This document shows, in pieces, positions 19,424-29,900 of a DNA stretch of 64,000 nucleotides. The translations under genes were made by a program, and so were the position numbers. Position 1 is the stretch's first letter. Each line of letters opens with the position of its first letter. The notes beneath the pieces were generated by a model. It was not told the origin of the DNA. It made no database searches and saw only the letters and a program-made list of their open reading frames with translations. Source of the stretch: Eubacteriales bacterium (GTDB lineage: Bacteria > Bacillota > Clostridia > Oscillospirales > UMGS1783); the NCBI GenBank assembly GCA_045595395.1, contig JAZOAH010000010.1, forward strand, positions 32,000 to 95,999. The letters are read 5' to 3'.

Positions 19424-20514
19424 TCGCTCACCAGCCAATCGGTGCCAAAGCGCATAGCCAGCATATCGCACAGGGTCATGGCGGCGGCGCATTCGACCAC
19501 CACACGGGCACGGTGGACGATGGCCGGGTCATGGCGGCCGTGGATGGCCAGAGTTTTATTGGTGTTGGTTTTGAAATCGACCGTCTGCTGCTCCTTAGCA
19601 ATAGAGGGGGTGGGCTTGATGGCGCAGGAAAAGCGCAGGGGGCTGCCGTCGGTAATGCCGCCGCAGATGCCGCCCATGTGATTGGCGATAGGAGCGATAC
19701 TGCCGTCGGTCACGGCCAGCGGATCGTTGGTCTGCGAGCCTCGGCGGTCACACAAACCAAAGCCGTCGCCGAAGGACACGCCCTTGACGGCGGGGATGGA
19801 AAAGAGCATATGGGCCAGTTGGCTCTCTACGCTGTCAAAAAAGGGCTCACCAATGCCGCAAGGCAGACCGATGATTACCGCTTCCAAAATGCCGCCGACG
19901 CTGTCACCGTCCTGTTTTGCGCTTAAAATGGCCTGCTGCATCTTCTCGGCCGCCGCATCGTCTAAAACGGCAAAATCAAGGGTGTTCAGCTTGTCCATGT
20001 CGGACGGAAGATCGGCAAAGGCACGATCATGAATGCCGGCGCAGGCGGCGATATGGGCGGCGATGCGGATGCCTTTGGCCTGCAGGGCCTGTCGACAAAG
20101 CGCACCGGCTACCGTTAGGGCGGCGGTGATGCGGCCGGAGAAGTGGCCGCCGCCGCGATAGTCCTGAAATCCGTGATATTTACACTCAGCCGCCCAATCG
20201 GCATGTCCGGGGCGGGCGGTGGTGGCCATCTCGCCATAGTCGTGTGAGCGAGTGTCCTGATTTTTGATCACAAAGGTGATGGGAGTGCCGGTGGTGCGGC
20301 CGTGAAAGATACCCGAAAGGATCTCGAAGGCGTCGGTTTCCCGGCGTGCCGTCGAGATAGCGCCATGGGGGCGGCGGCGGTCGAGTGCCGCACGCAGCGC
20401 CGCTTCATCGACGGGGATGCCGGGAGCAAGACCGGCTAAAATGGCGGTCAGTGCCGGGCCGTGGCTTTCGCCGGCGATGGTGAGGGTCACACTTTGTCCG
20501 TAGGTGGCTTTCAT
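19420..20514 (-). CDS. aroC: Chorismate synthase
   Basis: GESHG, RPGHAD, RGGGHFSGR, GDSVGG, KPTPSI, GRHDP. Confidence 0.95.
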   Translation of the reverse strand: MKATYGQSVTLTIAGESHGPALTAILAGLAPGIPVDEAALRAALDRRRPHGAISTARRETDAFEILSGIFHGRTTGTPITFVIKNQDTRSHDYGEMATTARPGHADWAAECKYHGFQDYRGGGHFSGRITAALTVAGALCRQALQAKGIRIAAHIAACAGIHDRAFADLPSDMDKLNTLDFAVLDDAAAEKMQQAILSAKQDGDSVGGILEAVIIGLPCGIGEPFFDSVESQLAHMLFSIPAVKGVSFGDGFGLCDRRGSQTNDPLAVTDGSIAPIANHMGGICGGITDGSPLRFSCAIKPTPSIAKEQQTVDFKTNTNKTLAIHGRHDPAIVHRARVVVECAAAMTLCDMLAMRFGTDWLVSE

Positions 20515-21506
20515 GCGAAATAGTCCTCCATGACCTGTTGTAGTTTTTCTTGGCTCCACTCTTCAAAGGCAAAAGAGCCGATGGCGGGCAAGGTTACGAC
20601 CGAAACGCCCTTGGCGTTGGCCTTTTTATCGTGGCCGGCGGCGGCAAAGAGATCCTGCGGCTTGCCCTGCCACGTGGTAGGCAGATGATACTGTTCCAGC
20701 ACCTTGGCGATGCGGGGGCGAAGGGCGGGTGCGGCCATGGGCAACATGCCGATAGCGACACATTCGCCGTGCAGGCGGCCGCCCAAGGCTTCGATGGCGT
20801 GGCCGATGGTATGGCCGAAATTGAGGACCTTGCGCAGACCGGCCTCCTTTTCGTCCTCTTCCACCACTTTGCGCTTACATTCGAGAGAGTGAACAATGAT
20901 CTGCTCGATATCGACCGAGCCGTCTTCCAGTTTTTCAAAGAAGGCGGCATCGAAGGTCAGCGCCATTTTGACGGCCTCGGCCATGCCGGAGGCTAACTGG
21001 CGCTTGTCCAGTGTGTCGAGAGTGTCGGGATCAATGAGCACGGCCGACGGCTGATAGAAGGCGCCCAGGATGTTTTTGATCCCCTCAAAGTTGACGGCGA
21101 CCTTGCCGCCGATGGAGGAGTCGACCTGGGAGAGTAAGGTGGTAGGGATATTATAAAAATCAATGCCACGCATATAGGAGGCGGCGGCAAATCCGGCCAG
21201 ATCCCCGACCACACCGCCGCCGACGGCGACGACGCAGTCCTTGCGGGTAAAGCCGTTGTGTAGCATGGTGCGGCATAGCTGCTCGAAGACCCGCAGGCTT
21301 TTGCTCTCCTCGCCCATGGGGATGGTGACAAGGGTGGGGGCTAGGCATTGGGCGGTAATGGCTTGAGCATAGTCGGCCGGGACTCCCTCGTCGGTGACGA
21401 TCAAGACACGGCGGTCAAGATTTAGAATTTGACCGGCTCGGGACAGAGCGCCGCATTCAACGGTGATATCATAGGATTGATGGGGGAGAGTGACGGTGAT
21501 GGTCAT
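20511..21506 (-). CDS. aroB: 3-dehydroquinate synthase
   Basis: GEESKS, GGGVVGDLAGF, PTTLLSQVDSSIGGK, LNFGHTIGHAIE, HGECVAIGM. Confidence 0.95.
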   Translation of the reverse strand: MTITVTLPHQSYDITVECGALSRAGQILNLDRRVLIVTDEGVPADYAQAITAQCLAPTLVTIPMGEESKSLRVFEQLCRTMLHNGFTRKDCVVAVGGGVVGDLAGFAAASYMRGIDFYNIPTTLLSQVDSSIGGKVAVNFEGIKNILGAFYQPSAVLIDPDTLDTLDKRQLASGMAEAVKMALTFDAAFFEKLEDGSVDIEQIIVHSLECKRKVVEEDEKEAGLRKVLNFGHTIGHAIEALGGRLHGECVAIGMLPMAAPALRPRIAKVLEQYHLPTTWQGKPQDLFAAAGHDKKANAKGVSVVTLPAIGSFAFEEWSQEKLQQVMEDYFA

Positions 21507-21514
21507 GGTGCACC

Positions 21515-22606
21515 TCACAGTTTGGTTTGGTGGGAGAAACGGCCGACGATGCGAAGTTTATCGCAGACCTGGGACAGTTCCTGCATCATGCGTTGGCCCT
21601 GTTCGGACTTGGCGTTGCCGTCGGCCTCGACATAGAAATAGTACTGCCACAGCAATTCTTTCATGGGACGGGAACGCAGGGTGCGCATGTTAAAGCCGCA
21701 GTCGCCGATGATCCCGATGGCCTTGGCCAGGGCGCCGGCCTCGTGGCGAACGGTGAAGACCAGGATAAACTGATCATCACGGGCACCGGCCGAGTTTTCC
21801 TCGACACGGGAAAAGACGGCGAAGCGGGTGGTGTTGGTGCTGCTGGCGTTGATATGGCTTTCCAGCACCTTGAGCCCATAGAGTTCGGCCGTGTCGTGGC
21901 TGGCGATGGCGGCCAGGGATGTATCTCCGGTTTCCACCACCTTTTTGGCGGCCACGGCGGTATTGGAGGCCGAACGGGCCTCAAAATGGTTGCGGTCGAT
22001 GTATTTGGCGCACTGGGCCAGCGCCTGCGGGTGGGAGATGACGGTGGTAATATCCTCACGGGTGGCGCCGGGCAGACCCAGGAGATTGTGGGTGATCTCC
22101 AGTTCATAGATGCCGTTGACAAACAGAGGGCCGGAGAAGAGCAGATCGATCACCTGCGACACCTCGCCGGCGTAACTGTTTTCGATGGGCAGTACGGCGC
22201 AGTCGCACTCGCCCTTGACTACGGCGTTATAAGCGTCGGCGAAGCTTTCATAGGAGATCTTTTGCGAGTCGTTGAAGATCTTGCGGGCGGCAATGTAGGC
22301 AAAAGCCCCTTCCACGCCGCAATAGGCGACCTTTAATCCTTGCTGGAGCAGCTGCTGATACTGGCGGGACAGGCCCATATTATGGCGCAGGAAATTGACA
22401 TAGTAGCTGCGCAGCGTTTCGTCCTCGACCAGCGCCGCATTGCGGGCAATGACCTGCTCCTCACGGGCGGCATCCAGCACGGGAAGGCCGTGCTCGAGTT
22501 TATATTCGCTGACCATCTGCACCGCCTGCATGCGCTGCACGAAAAGGTCGGCCATTTGTTTGTCGATGGTGTTGATGGCCTCACGGGCCTGTTCTAATTT
22601 ATTCAT
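21515..22606 (-). CDS. pheA: Chorismate mutase / prephenate dehydratase with ACT domain
   Basis: N-terminal AroQ-type mutase (REAINTID), PIENSYAG, SHPQALAQC, NTTRF, SRP. Confidence 0.93.
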   Translation of the reverse strand: MNKLEQAREAINTIDKQMADLFVQRMQAVQMVSEYKLEHGLPVLDAAREEQVIARNAALVEDETLRSYYVNFLRHNMGLSRQYQQLLQQGLKVAYCGVEGAFAYIAARKIFNDSQKISYESFADAYNAVVKGECDCAVLPIENSYAGEVSQVIDLLFSGPLFVNGIYELEITHNLLGLPGATREDITTVISHPQALAQCAKYIDRNHFEARSASNTAVAAKKVVETGDTSLAAIASHDTAELYGLKVLESHINASSTNTTRFAVFSRVEENSAGARDDQFILVFTVRHEAGALAKAIGIIGDCGFNMRTLRSRPMKELLWQYYFYVEADGNAKSEQGQRMMQELSQVCDKLRIVGRFSHQTKL

Positions 22607-23786
22607 GGATAAACTCCTTCGCTAACGCCTCAAAGGCCGGTAGGGCACGGCGGATGGTGTCGGTGTCCAAACAATAGGAAATGCGCAGATAGCCCGGCAC
22701 GCCGAAGCTGTCGGACGGGACAAGCAGAAGTTCGTGTTTTTTAGCGGCCTCGGAGAAGGCACGGGCATCGGGAATGGGGGATTTGACAAACAGATAAAAG
22801 GCACCGTCGGGGCGGGTGACGGTAAAGCCCAGGCGGGTCAGCGCACCGTAAAGCCGATCACGGTTTTGCTTATAGGCGTTCAGATCGCCGGTCTGTCCCG
22901 CAACATGGGGCAACAGATGCTGGAACAGGGCGGGGGCGCAGACAAAGCCCAGTGCCCGGCCGGCACCGCACAGGCCGGCGTATACGCCCTGCCAATCGGC
23001 ACATGGGGGGTTGACCAGCAGATAGCCGATGCGCTCACCCGGCAGCGAGAGGGACTTGCTGTAAGAATAGCAGACGACGGTGTTATCGTAATAATGGGTC
23101 AAAAAGGGGACGGTAACGCCGTCGTAGACCAGCTCACGGTAGGGCTCGTCCGAGATCAGATAGATGGGATGGCCGTATCGTTTCTCTGCTTGACGCAAGA
23201 TCTCGGCCAGGGCCAGGATCTGCTCTTCGCTCACCACGGCGCCGGAGGGATTGTTGGGAGAATTGAGGATCAGGGCGGCGGTATGTTGGTTGATGGCGGC
23301 TTGTATGCCGTCCAGGTCCAGTTCAAAGTTGGGCTCGATGCCGGGTACGGCAACGGGAATGCCGCCGGCCGTTTCGATAAAGACGGTGTATTCGGGGAAA
23401 TAGGGGGCGGGGATGATGACCTCCTGCCCGGTTTCGACCAGTGCCGACAGGGCAATGGTCAGCGAGGCAGCGGCACCGCAGGTCAGATACAGATGCTCGG
23501 CGCTCACACCGGCGGCAAAGCGGCGGTTGAGATCGTCGGCAATGGACTGACGGACAGCGGGTGCGCCGGGGGCAGAGGTGTAGCCGTGCAGTTTCAAGGG
23601 ATCACCGGCCAGCAACTCTTGCAGGGCCGCCGTCACCGATGCGGGGGCGGGGATGCTGGGGTTGCCGATGCTGAAATCAAAGACCTTGTCAGCCCCGATC
23701 TCGGCCTTGCGGCGGTTGCCGTATTCAAATAATTCACGTATCTCCGAACGGTGCTCGCCCAAATGGCGCAGTCGTGTGCGATCCAT
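22599..23786 (-). CDS. PLP-dependent class I/II aminotransferase (probably aromatic)
   Basis: FSIGNP, NSPNNPSG, SDEPY, SYSKSLSLPGERIG; first gene of the aro operon. Confidence 0.88.
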   Translation of the reverse strand: MDRTRLRHLGEHRSEIRELFEYGNRRKAEIGADKVFDFSIGNPSIPAPASVTAALQELLAGDPLKLHGYTSAPGAPAVRQSIADDLNRRFAAGVSAEHLYLTCGAAASLTIALSALVETGQEVIIPAPYFPEYTVFIETAGGIPVAVPGIEPNFELDLDGIQAAINQHTAALILNSPNNPSGAVVSEEQILALAEILRQAEKRYGHPIYLISDEPYRELVYDGVTVPFLTHYYDNTVVCYSYSKSLSLPGERIGYLLVNPPCADWQGVYAGLCGAGRALGFVCAPALFQHLLPHVAGQTGDLNAYKQNRDRLYGALTRLGFTVTRPDGAFYLFVKSPIPDARAFSEAAKKHELLLVPSDSFGVPGYLRISYCLDTDTIRRALPAFEALAKEFIHE

Positions 23787-23802
23787 GTGATCCTCCTCAC
23801 AC

Positions 23803-23886
23803 GGTTAACAATGTTAACCAATGACATTATACTACTATTATACAAGAAAATCCGCTGTTGTCAACCACATTTGAATATGGTATACT
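23803..23886. promoter_or_regulatory. Divergent aro/tetR promoters and candidate TetR operator
   Basis: Perfect palindrome GGTTAACA-A-TGTTAACC 23803-23819; - strand TTGACA(23864-23859)-16-TATAAT(23842-23837); + strand TTGTCA(23858-23863)-17-TATACT(23881-23886). Confidence 0.7.
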
Positions 23887-23905
23887 GAAAAAAAGAGGTG
23901 AGGAT

Positions 23906-24430
23906 ATGGAAGCCTATACGGTACGAGAACAACTGATCGCAGCCGGGATCGTGGAATTAGAGGGGCACGGCATGGCCGATTTCTCGTTGCGGCGGGTGGC
24001 GGCGGCCTGCAATCTGTCCTGCGCAGCGCCCTACAAGCATTTTAAGGGCAAGGACGAGTTGATCGAGGCTATTTTTGCTCACATTCACAGTCAGCTCAAC
24101 TTTTTGCTCCAGCAGGTCGGACAGGTGCACACGGCACCGGATGAGCAGTTGATCGAAAGCTGTTTGGCCTATATCCGTTTCTGTATTGCCAATCCGCATT
24201 TTCGTGCGGTTTTGATGCTGGCGGGCCGTGCGTTGCCGCTGGCCGATACGGTGGAGCGGCTGTTGCCGGCCTGTTTGCCGGAGATGTCGGCTCGGGAGCG
24301 GCAGGATCGAGGCTTTTGTATTCGATCCATCGCCTATGGTGCGACGCTGATGCTGGAGAGCGGCGAACTGGACTATCAGGAATCGGTCATGAACCGTATC
24401 CGAGAAAGTTTGAAACGAGAATTGCAATAA
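23906..24430 (+). CDS. TetR/AcrR family regulator
   Basis: FSLRRVAAACNLSCAAPYKHFKGKDEL HTH; GAGG RBS, ATG at 23906. Confidence 0.9.
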   Translation: MEAYTVREQLIAAGIVELEGHGMADFSLRRVAAACNLSCAAPYKHFKGKDELIEAIFAHIHSQLNFLLQQVGQVHTAPDEQLIESCLAYIRFCIANPHFRAVLMLAGRALPLADTVERLLPACLPEMSARERQDRGFCIRSIAYGATLMLESGELDYQESVMNRIRESLKRELQ

Positions 24431-24456
24431 AAAAGCCACCCAATCGGGTGGCTTTT
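24431..24456. terminator. Bidirectional intrinsic terminator
   Basis: AAAAGCCACCC-AATC-GGGTGGCTTTT. Confidence 0.8.
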
Positions 24457-24457
24457 G

Positions 24458-25693
24458 TTATTTGTTTTGAATGAGCGTGTCGATGTTGACATTGCGGGAG
24501 TGCTGGATGGGCTGCCAGGTGAACTTGCGGTTGACCATGATCAGGCAGTTGATGGGGATCCAGGACAGGATAAACAGGGTGAACAGCAGCATGCCGCTGG
24601 GTGTCTCCTTGGCTGAATGGCCGTTAAGTTTGAGGATCAGGGCACAGACGACCAGGCCGCACAGGAAGGTCAGGCCGAAGAGCAGCCAACCATAGGCGAA
24701 GACATAAGAGAAGATGTCGTCGAGCTTGATGCCGAACAGCGGGAAGCTCATCAGCAGTATCGTCATAAAGACCGAAACGACCTGCACGATAGGAGCCGAG
24801 TAGTTGAAGGCCATATCCAGACAGGACACTCGGCCGGTCTTGAAGAAGGTCTTAAACAGGCGGGTGACATAACTCATCCAGCACTGCAGGTTGCCCAGTG
24901 ACCAGCGCTTGCGCTGACGGAAGGAAACGCCGAAATCGGTGGGCTGCTCGTCATAGGTGACGGCCTCTTCCACATATTCGATCTTGACGCCGTTGAGGGC
25001 GCAGATGCCGGTATATTCCACATCTTCGGTCATGGTGTGAGCGTCAAAGCCGGTGATGGCCAGGGCTTCCTTGGTGACCATGAAGCCGGTGCCGTTGATG
25101 GAGGCGGACAGCCCCACACGGGAACGGGCACGGTTGAAGAAGAAGTTTTGCAGATAGTAGAACATCGAGTAGCCGGCACTGATCCAGTTGTCGGCCAGGT
25201 TCTTACTGTCACGCTTGCACTGAGCCACCTTAGCACCGCAATTCATGGCGTGATTCATGTGACGCAGATAATCGGGATGCACGATATTGTCGGCATCAAA
25301 GATGATAAAGGCATCGATATCCTCACGCTTGGTGTATTCTTCAAAGACCAGTTTGAGAACATCGCCCTTGGACTTGACGGTGTTGGGGCATTTGATGATC
25401 TGGCTGCCGTGACGGCGGGCGACATACTCGGTATTGTCGGTGCAGTTGTTGACAGCGGTGTAGATGGTGAAATGGTTGCGGTCATAATTCTGATTGTTTA
25501 GAGAGTCGATCAGATGACCGATGACCTGCGCCTCATTACGGGCGGCGATGATGATAGCAAAGTTGTTTTTCTTTTCGGTGTCAGACGGAGCGGTTTTCTT
25601 GGGGGCACGAACGAAGGCCCACAGGCCGGTGAGAGCAAAGTACAGACCATAGATCAGGGTGGCGATTAACAGGATGTAATAAAGAATGACCAT
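24458..25693 (-). CDS. Membrane GT2 glycosyltransferase (processive, cellulose-synthase-like motifs)
   Basis: IAARNE, DAD, TED, QRKRW; N- and C-terminal TM helices. Confidence 0.88.
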   Translation of the reverse strand: MVILYYILLIATLIYGLYFALTGLWAFVRAPKKTAPSDTEKKNNFAIIIAARNEAQVIGHLIDSLNNQNYDRNHFTIYTAVNNCTDNTEYVARRHGSQIIKCPNTVKSKGDVLKLVFEEYTKREDIDAFIIFDADNIVHPDYLRHMNHAMNCGAKVAQCKRDSKNLADNWISAGYSMFYYLQNFFFNRARSRVGLSASINGTGFMVTKEALAITGFDAHTMTEDVEYTGICALNGVKIEYVEEAVTYDEQPTDFGVSFRQRKRWSLGNLQCWMSYVTRLFKTFFKTGRVSCLDMAFNYSAPIVQVVSVFMTILLMSFPLFGIKLDDIFSYVFAYGWLLFGLTFLCGLVVCALILKLNGHSAKETPSGMLLFTLFILSWIPINCLIMVNRKFTWQPIQHSRNVNIDTLIQNK

Positions 25694-25899
25694 TGGTGTT
25701 CTCCTTTCCGTTTGGCTTTTTACCGAACGATATTATATCACTAAAATAGATTCTTTCAATGAATAAATGATGAGTATTGTTATTTTGGTCAAAAATTTAA
25801 AATTTACATCCAATTCCACCGGCTTTTTTTGACGGAAATGTGCAGAAGATATACCAAATAGTTACAAGCCTGTAAGAACTTGGCCATGATTTATTTACA

Positions 25900-25940
25900 A
25901 ATGCAAAATCCGACCCGGTATACGGATCGGATTTTGCATT
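25900..25940 (-). terminator. Terminator-like hairpin after pfkA
   Basis: AATGCAAAATCCGA...TCGGATTTTGCATT 14-bp stem. Confidence 0.65.
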
Positions 25941-25959
25941 AAAAAATATACGAATTGTT

Positions 25960-26934
25960 TTAGGAATTGACTTCCATGGCGATCTGATACAGCTTTTCGT
26001 TGATCTTTTTGGGGGTGCCGATGCCGTCAATGAGGTTGATATCCTTAATTTTGCCCTCTTTGGTGACGAGCATGCGGTTTTTCTGGCCGGAGGCGGTCAA
26101 TTCGATGGCACGGTAGCCCATGCGGGAGGCCGAGGTACGGTCACGAGAGGTGGGCGAGCCGCCGCGCTGGACATAGCCGAGGATGGAGACCTTGGTTTCG
26201 ATACCGGTCGCCTCTTCAATCTTTTGGGCAAGCTCTTTCGAGCCACCGACGCCTTCGGCCACCAGGATGATAAAGTGTTTTTTTCCGGTGCGGGTGGTGG
26301 ATTTGATGCGGTCAACGATGTCACGCTGGAAATCGTAGGGGATCTCGGGAATCAGAATGGAGGTGGCGCCGACGGCCAGACCGGCGTGCAGAGCCACAAA
26401 GCCGCAGGTACGGCCCATGACCTCGACGACGGTGCAGCGGTCGTGGGACTGGGAGGTGTCACGAATCTTATCGACCATCTGGGTGACGGTGTTGATGGTG
26501 GTGTCAAAGCCGAGGGTATAATCGCTGGCGCCGATATCGTTGTCGATGGTGGCGGGCAGGCACATGACATTGATGCCGAGTTTGGACAGCTCATGGGCGC
26601 CACGGAAGGTACCGTCACCGCCGATGCAGACCAGGGCAGCCAGGTTATGTTTGCGGCAGACCTCGGCCGCACGGGCACGGCCCTCTTCGGTCATCATCTC
26701 CTTGCAGCGGGCGGTATAGAGGAAGGTGCCGCCGCGGTGGATGGTGTCGGAAACGGTACGGGAGTTCATTTCAATGTAATCATCCTCGATCAGACCCTTA
26801 TAGCCGCGGATGAAGCCTACCACGCTGTAGCCGTGGGCAATACCGGCACGGACAACGGCACGGATGGCCGCATTCATGCCCGGTGCGTCGCCGCCGCTGG
26901 TAAGGACGCCGATGGTGGAATTGTTTGGATTCAT
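25960..26934 (-). CDS. pfkA: 6-phosphofructokinase (NTP-dependent signature)
   Basis: TSGGDAPGMN, GGDGT, TIDND, EVMGR, LGYVQRGG. Confidence 0.95.
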   Translation of the reverse strand: MNPNNSTIGVLTSGGDAPGMNAAIRAVVRAGIAHGYSVVGFIRGYKGLIEDDYIEMNSRTVSDTIHRGGTFLYTARCKEMMTEEGRARAAEVCRKHNLAALVCIGGDGTFRGAHELSKLGINVMCLPATIDNDIGASDYTLGFDTTINTVTQMVDKIRDTSQSHDRCTVVEVMGRTCGFVALHAGLAVGATSILIPEIPYDFQRDIVDRIKSTTRTGKKHFIILVAEGVGGSKELAQKIEEATGIETKVSILGYVQRGGSPTSRDRTSASRMGYRAIELTASGQKNRMLVTKEGKIKDINLIDGIGTPKKINEKLYQIAMEVNS

Positions 26935-26979
26935 GGTTTTGGTTCTCCTTTTTGTGCTATTTCTTCTTATATAAATATG

Positions 26980-29900
26980 TTATTTAAGAACAACGTTAGA
27001 TCGGCCCAGTTTTTCCTGGAGGGCATTGACCAGTTCCTGTGTGATACAGACGGGAGAGGCGTAGCGGTAATATTTCTTGGCTTGCAGGAAATAGAAGATG
27101 ACTTCGCCCTGACCCGGGGAGTTTAAGAGCATATCCTTGACCTCACGTTCGAGCATGGTGTCCGACTCATCCAGGCGAATAAACATTTTATCGGTGATGC
27201 TGTTTTCGACATGGATGTGCTCGATACAGTCGCAGATGATCTTGGGTTCTTCCTCGTCACGCATGCTGACCCGACCACGGACTAAGACCGGAGCGTCGGG
27301 AATGAGCATGGACTGGAATTTCTCACGCACGGTGGGGAAGACGATGACCTCGGCCGAGCCGGTCAGATCCTCCAGGGTGATAAAGGACATGGTGGCTTCG
27401 GTCTTGGTTAGTTTGTTGACCAGGCGGGAGATGATGCCGGCCACCGTGATCTTCTGACCGTCACGCACTTGATAGGAGCCGTCTTCGTCGGCCTGGAAGG
27501 CGCTTAGGCCGGGAAGTCCCAGCTTTTGCACTGCTTCACGGTACTCACTCATGGGGTGGCCGGTCAGATACATGCCGGCGCTCTCCTTTTCCAGCTGAAG
27601 CAGGGTCTTCTGGTCGAACTCATCACACATGTTATAGAGTTCCGATTCGGCTTCTTCAAAATCGTCACCGAACAGGCTGAGCTGGCCGACAAGATTGGCC
27701 TTGCGCTCACCGGCGATCGAGTTCATGATCGTTTCATAACTGCGCAGCAGGGTTTGGCGGTTGAGGCCCAGCGAATCAAAGGCACCGCATTTGATGAGCG
27801 ATTCGACGACACGCTTGTTGATATCGCCGTCGGCCATGCGTTTGAGGAAATCATACAGCGATTTGAAGGGGCCGCTTGTCTCTCGTTCGGCCACCACGCC
27901 GTCGATACAGGCTTTACCGATGCCCTTGATGGCCACCAGACCGTAACGCACCTCGTGACCGTTGGAGGTAAAGCCGGAATAGGATTGGTTGATATCGGGC
28001 GGTAGCACCTTGAGCCCCAGCGACAGACATTCTTCACGGAAGAGGGCGACCTTGTCGGTCGAGTCGATGACGCTGGTCATCAGAGCGGCCATGTACTGGC
28101 CGGGATAGTGGCGCTTGAGGTAGGCTGTCTTATAGGTAACATCGGCATAGCAGGCGGCATGCGATTTATTGAAGGCGTATTTGGCAAATTCAGCCATGTC
28201 GGCGTAGATCTTGTTGGCGATCTCCTCTGAGATGCCGTTGGCCACACAGCCGGGGACGACCACATTACCATCATCATCCTTCATGCCGTGGACGAAGATC
28301 TGGCGTTCCTCCTCCATTTTATCGGCTTTTTTCTTGGCCATGAAGCGGCGCACCAGGTCGGCACGGCCGTAGCTGTAGCCGGCAAGCAGACGTACCATCT
28401 GCATGACCTGCTCTTGGTATACCATACAGCCGTAGGTTACGTCAAGGATATCCTTTAATAACGGGTGATCGTATTGGACCGTTTCGGGATGGCGTTTGCC
28501 CTCAATGTAGCGGGGGATGGAATCCATCGGGCCGGGACGGTAGAGGGAGATAACGGCGATGACATCTTCGATGTTTTGCGGCTGCAGTTCGGCCAGCACC
28601 CGTTTCATGCCCGGGCTTTCCAGCTGGAAGACGCCGGTCGTTTCGCCCTTGGAGAGCATGTCATAGGTCGGCTGGTCGTCGTACTGCATCATGATGGCCG
28701 GGTCAAAATCAGGCTCGGTACGGTGGATATCATCAATAGCATCCTGAATAACGGTCAGATTGCGAAGACCGAGGAAGTCCATTTTAAGCAGCCCCAGATG
28801 CTCGACGGTGTCTTTGGGGTATTGGGTGACGACCGAGGAGTCGCTGACATGCAGGGGGATATAGTCGGAGACCGGCTTGTTGGTGATAACGACGCCGGCG
28901 GCGTGCATACCGGTCTGGCGGGGTGAGCCCTCGAGCATGATGGCGGTATCGACCAGTTTGCGGACCCTTTCGTCCTCGTCGTAGAGTTTTTTGAGGTCGG
29001 GGTTGACATCCAGTGCCTTGGGGATGGTCATTTTCAGGTCGTCGTTGGGGATGAGTTTGGCCACCGCATCGCATTCGCCGTAAGAATAGCCCAGGGCTCG
29101 GCCGACGTCACGCACAGCGCTGCGTGCCTTCATCAGGCCGAAGGTGACGATCTGACAGACATGGTCGGAGCCGTATTTTTCAATCACATAGTCGATGACC
29201 TCACCACGGCGTTCGGTACAGAAGTCAATATCAATATCGGGCATGGATACACGTTCGGGATTTAAGAAGCGCTCAAAGAAGAGGGAGAAGCGCACCGGGT
29301 CGATATCGGTGATGCCCAAGGTGTAGGCCACGATGGCGCCGGCGGCCGAGCCACGACCTGGGCCGACCGGGATGCCCTGGGATTTGGCGTGATTGATAAA
29401 GTCCCAAACGATGAGGAAGTAATCGACAAAGCCCATCTGATTGATGGTGTCTAGTTCAAATTTGAGTTGCTGGCGCAGTTCGTCGGTCACCGGGTCATAG
29501 CGGCGCTCCAGACCCTGCTCGCACAGCATGGTCAGATATTCAAAGTGATCCATGTTGTTGGGTGTGCGGAAGTTGGGCAGGTGGCGGGACTTGAAGTCGA
29601 ACTCGACATTGCAGCGGGCGGCGATCTCATCGGTGATGGAAACCGCCTCGGGCAGTTCGGAGAAGAGGTCGTTCATCTCCTCGGTCGACTTGACATAGAA
29701 CTCGTCGGTGCCGAAATCCATGCCGCTGCCCTCGTCGACGGTGTGGTTGGTCTGGATACAAAGGAGAACCTTTTGGGCGTAGGCATTTTCACGGGCCAGA
29801 TAGTGAGCATCGTTGGTGGCGACTAGGGGGACGCCGATGTCACAGGAGAGGCGGACCAGGCCGGCGTTGACCGTCTGCTGCTCCTGCAGGCCGTGATCCT

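Noticed and set aside
25740..25899. AT-rich intergenic stretch and 77-aa ORF 25797-26030
   Set aside because: The ORF overlaps the pfkA end and its terminator; no convincing structure beyond the GT2 promoter
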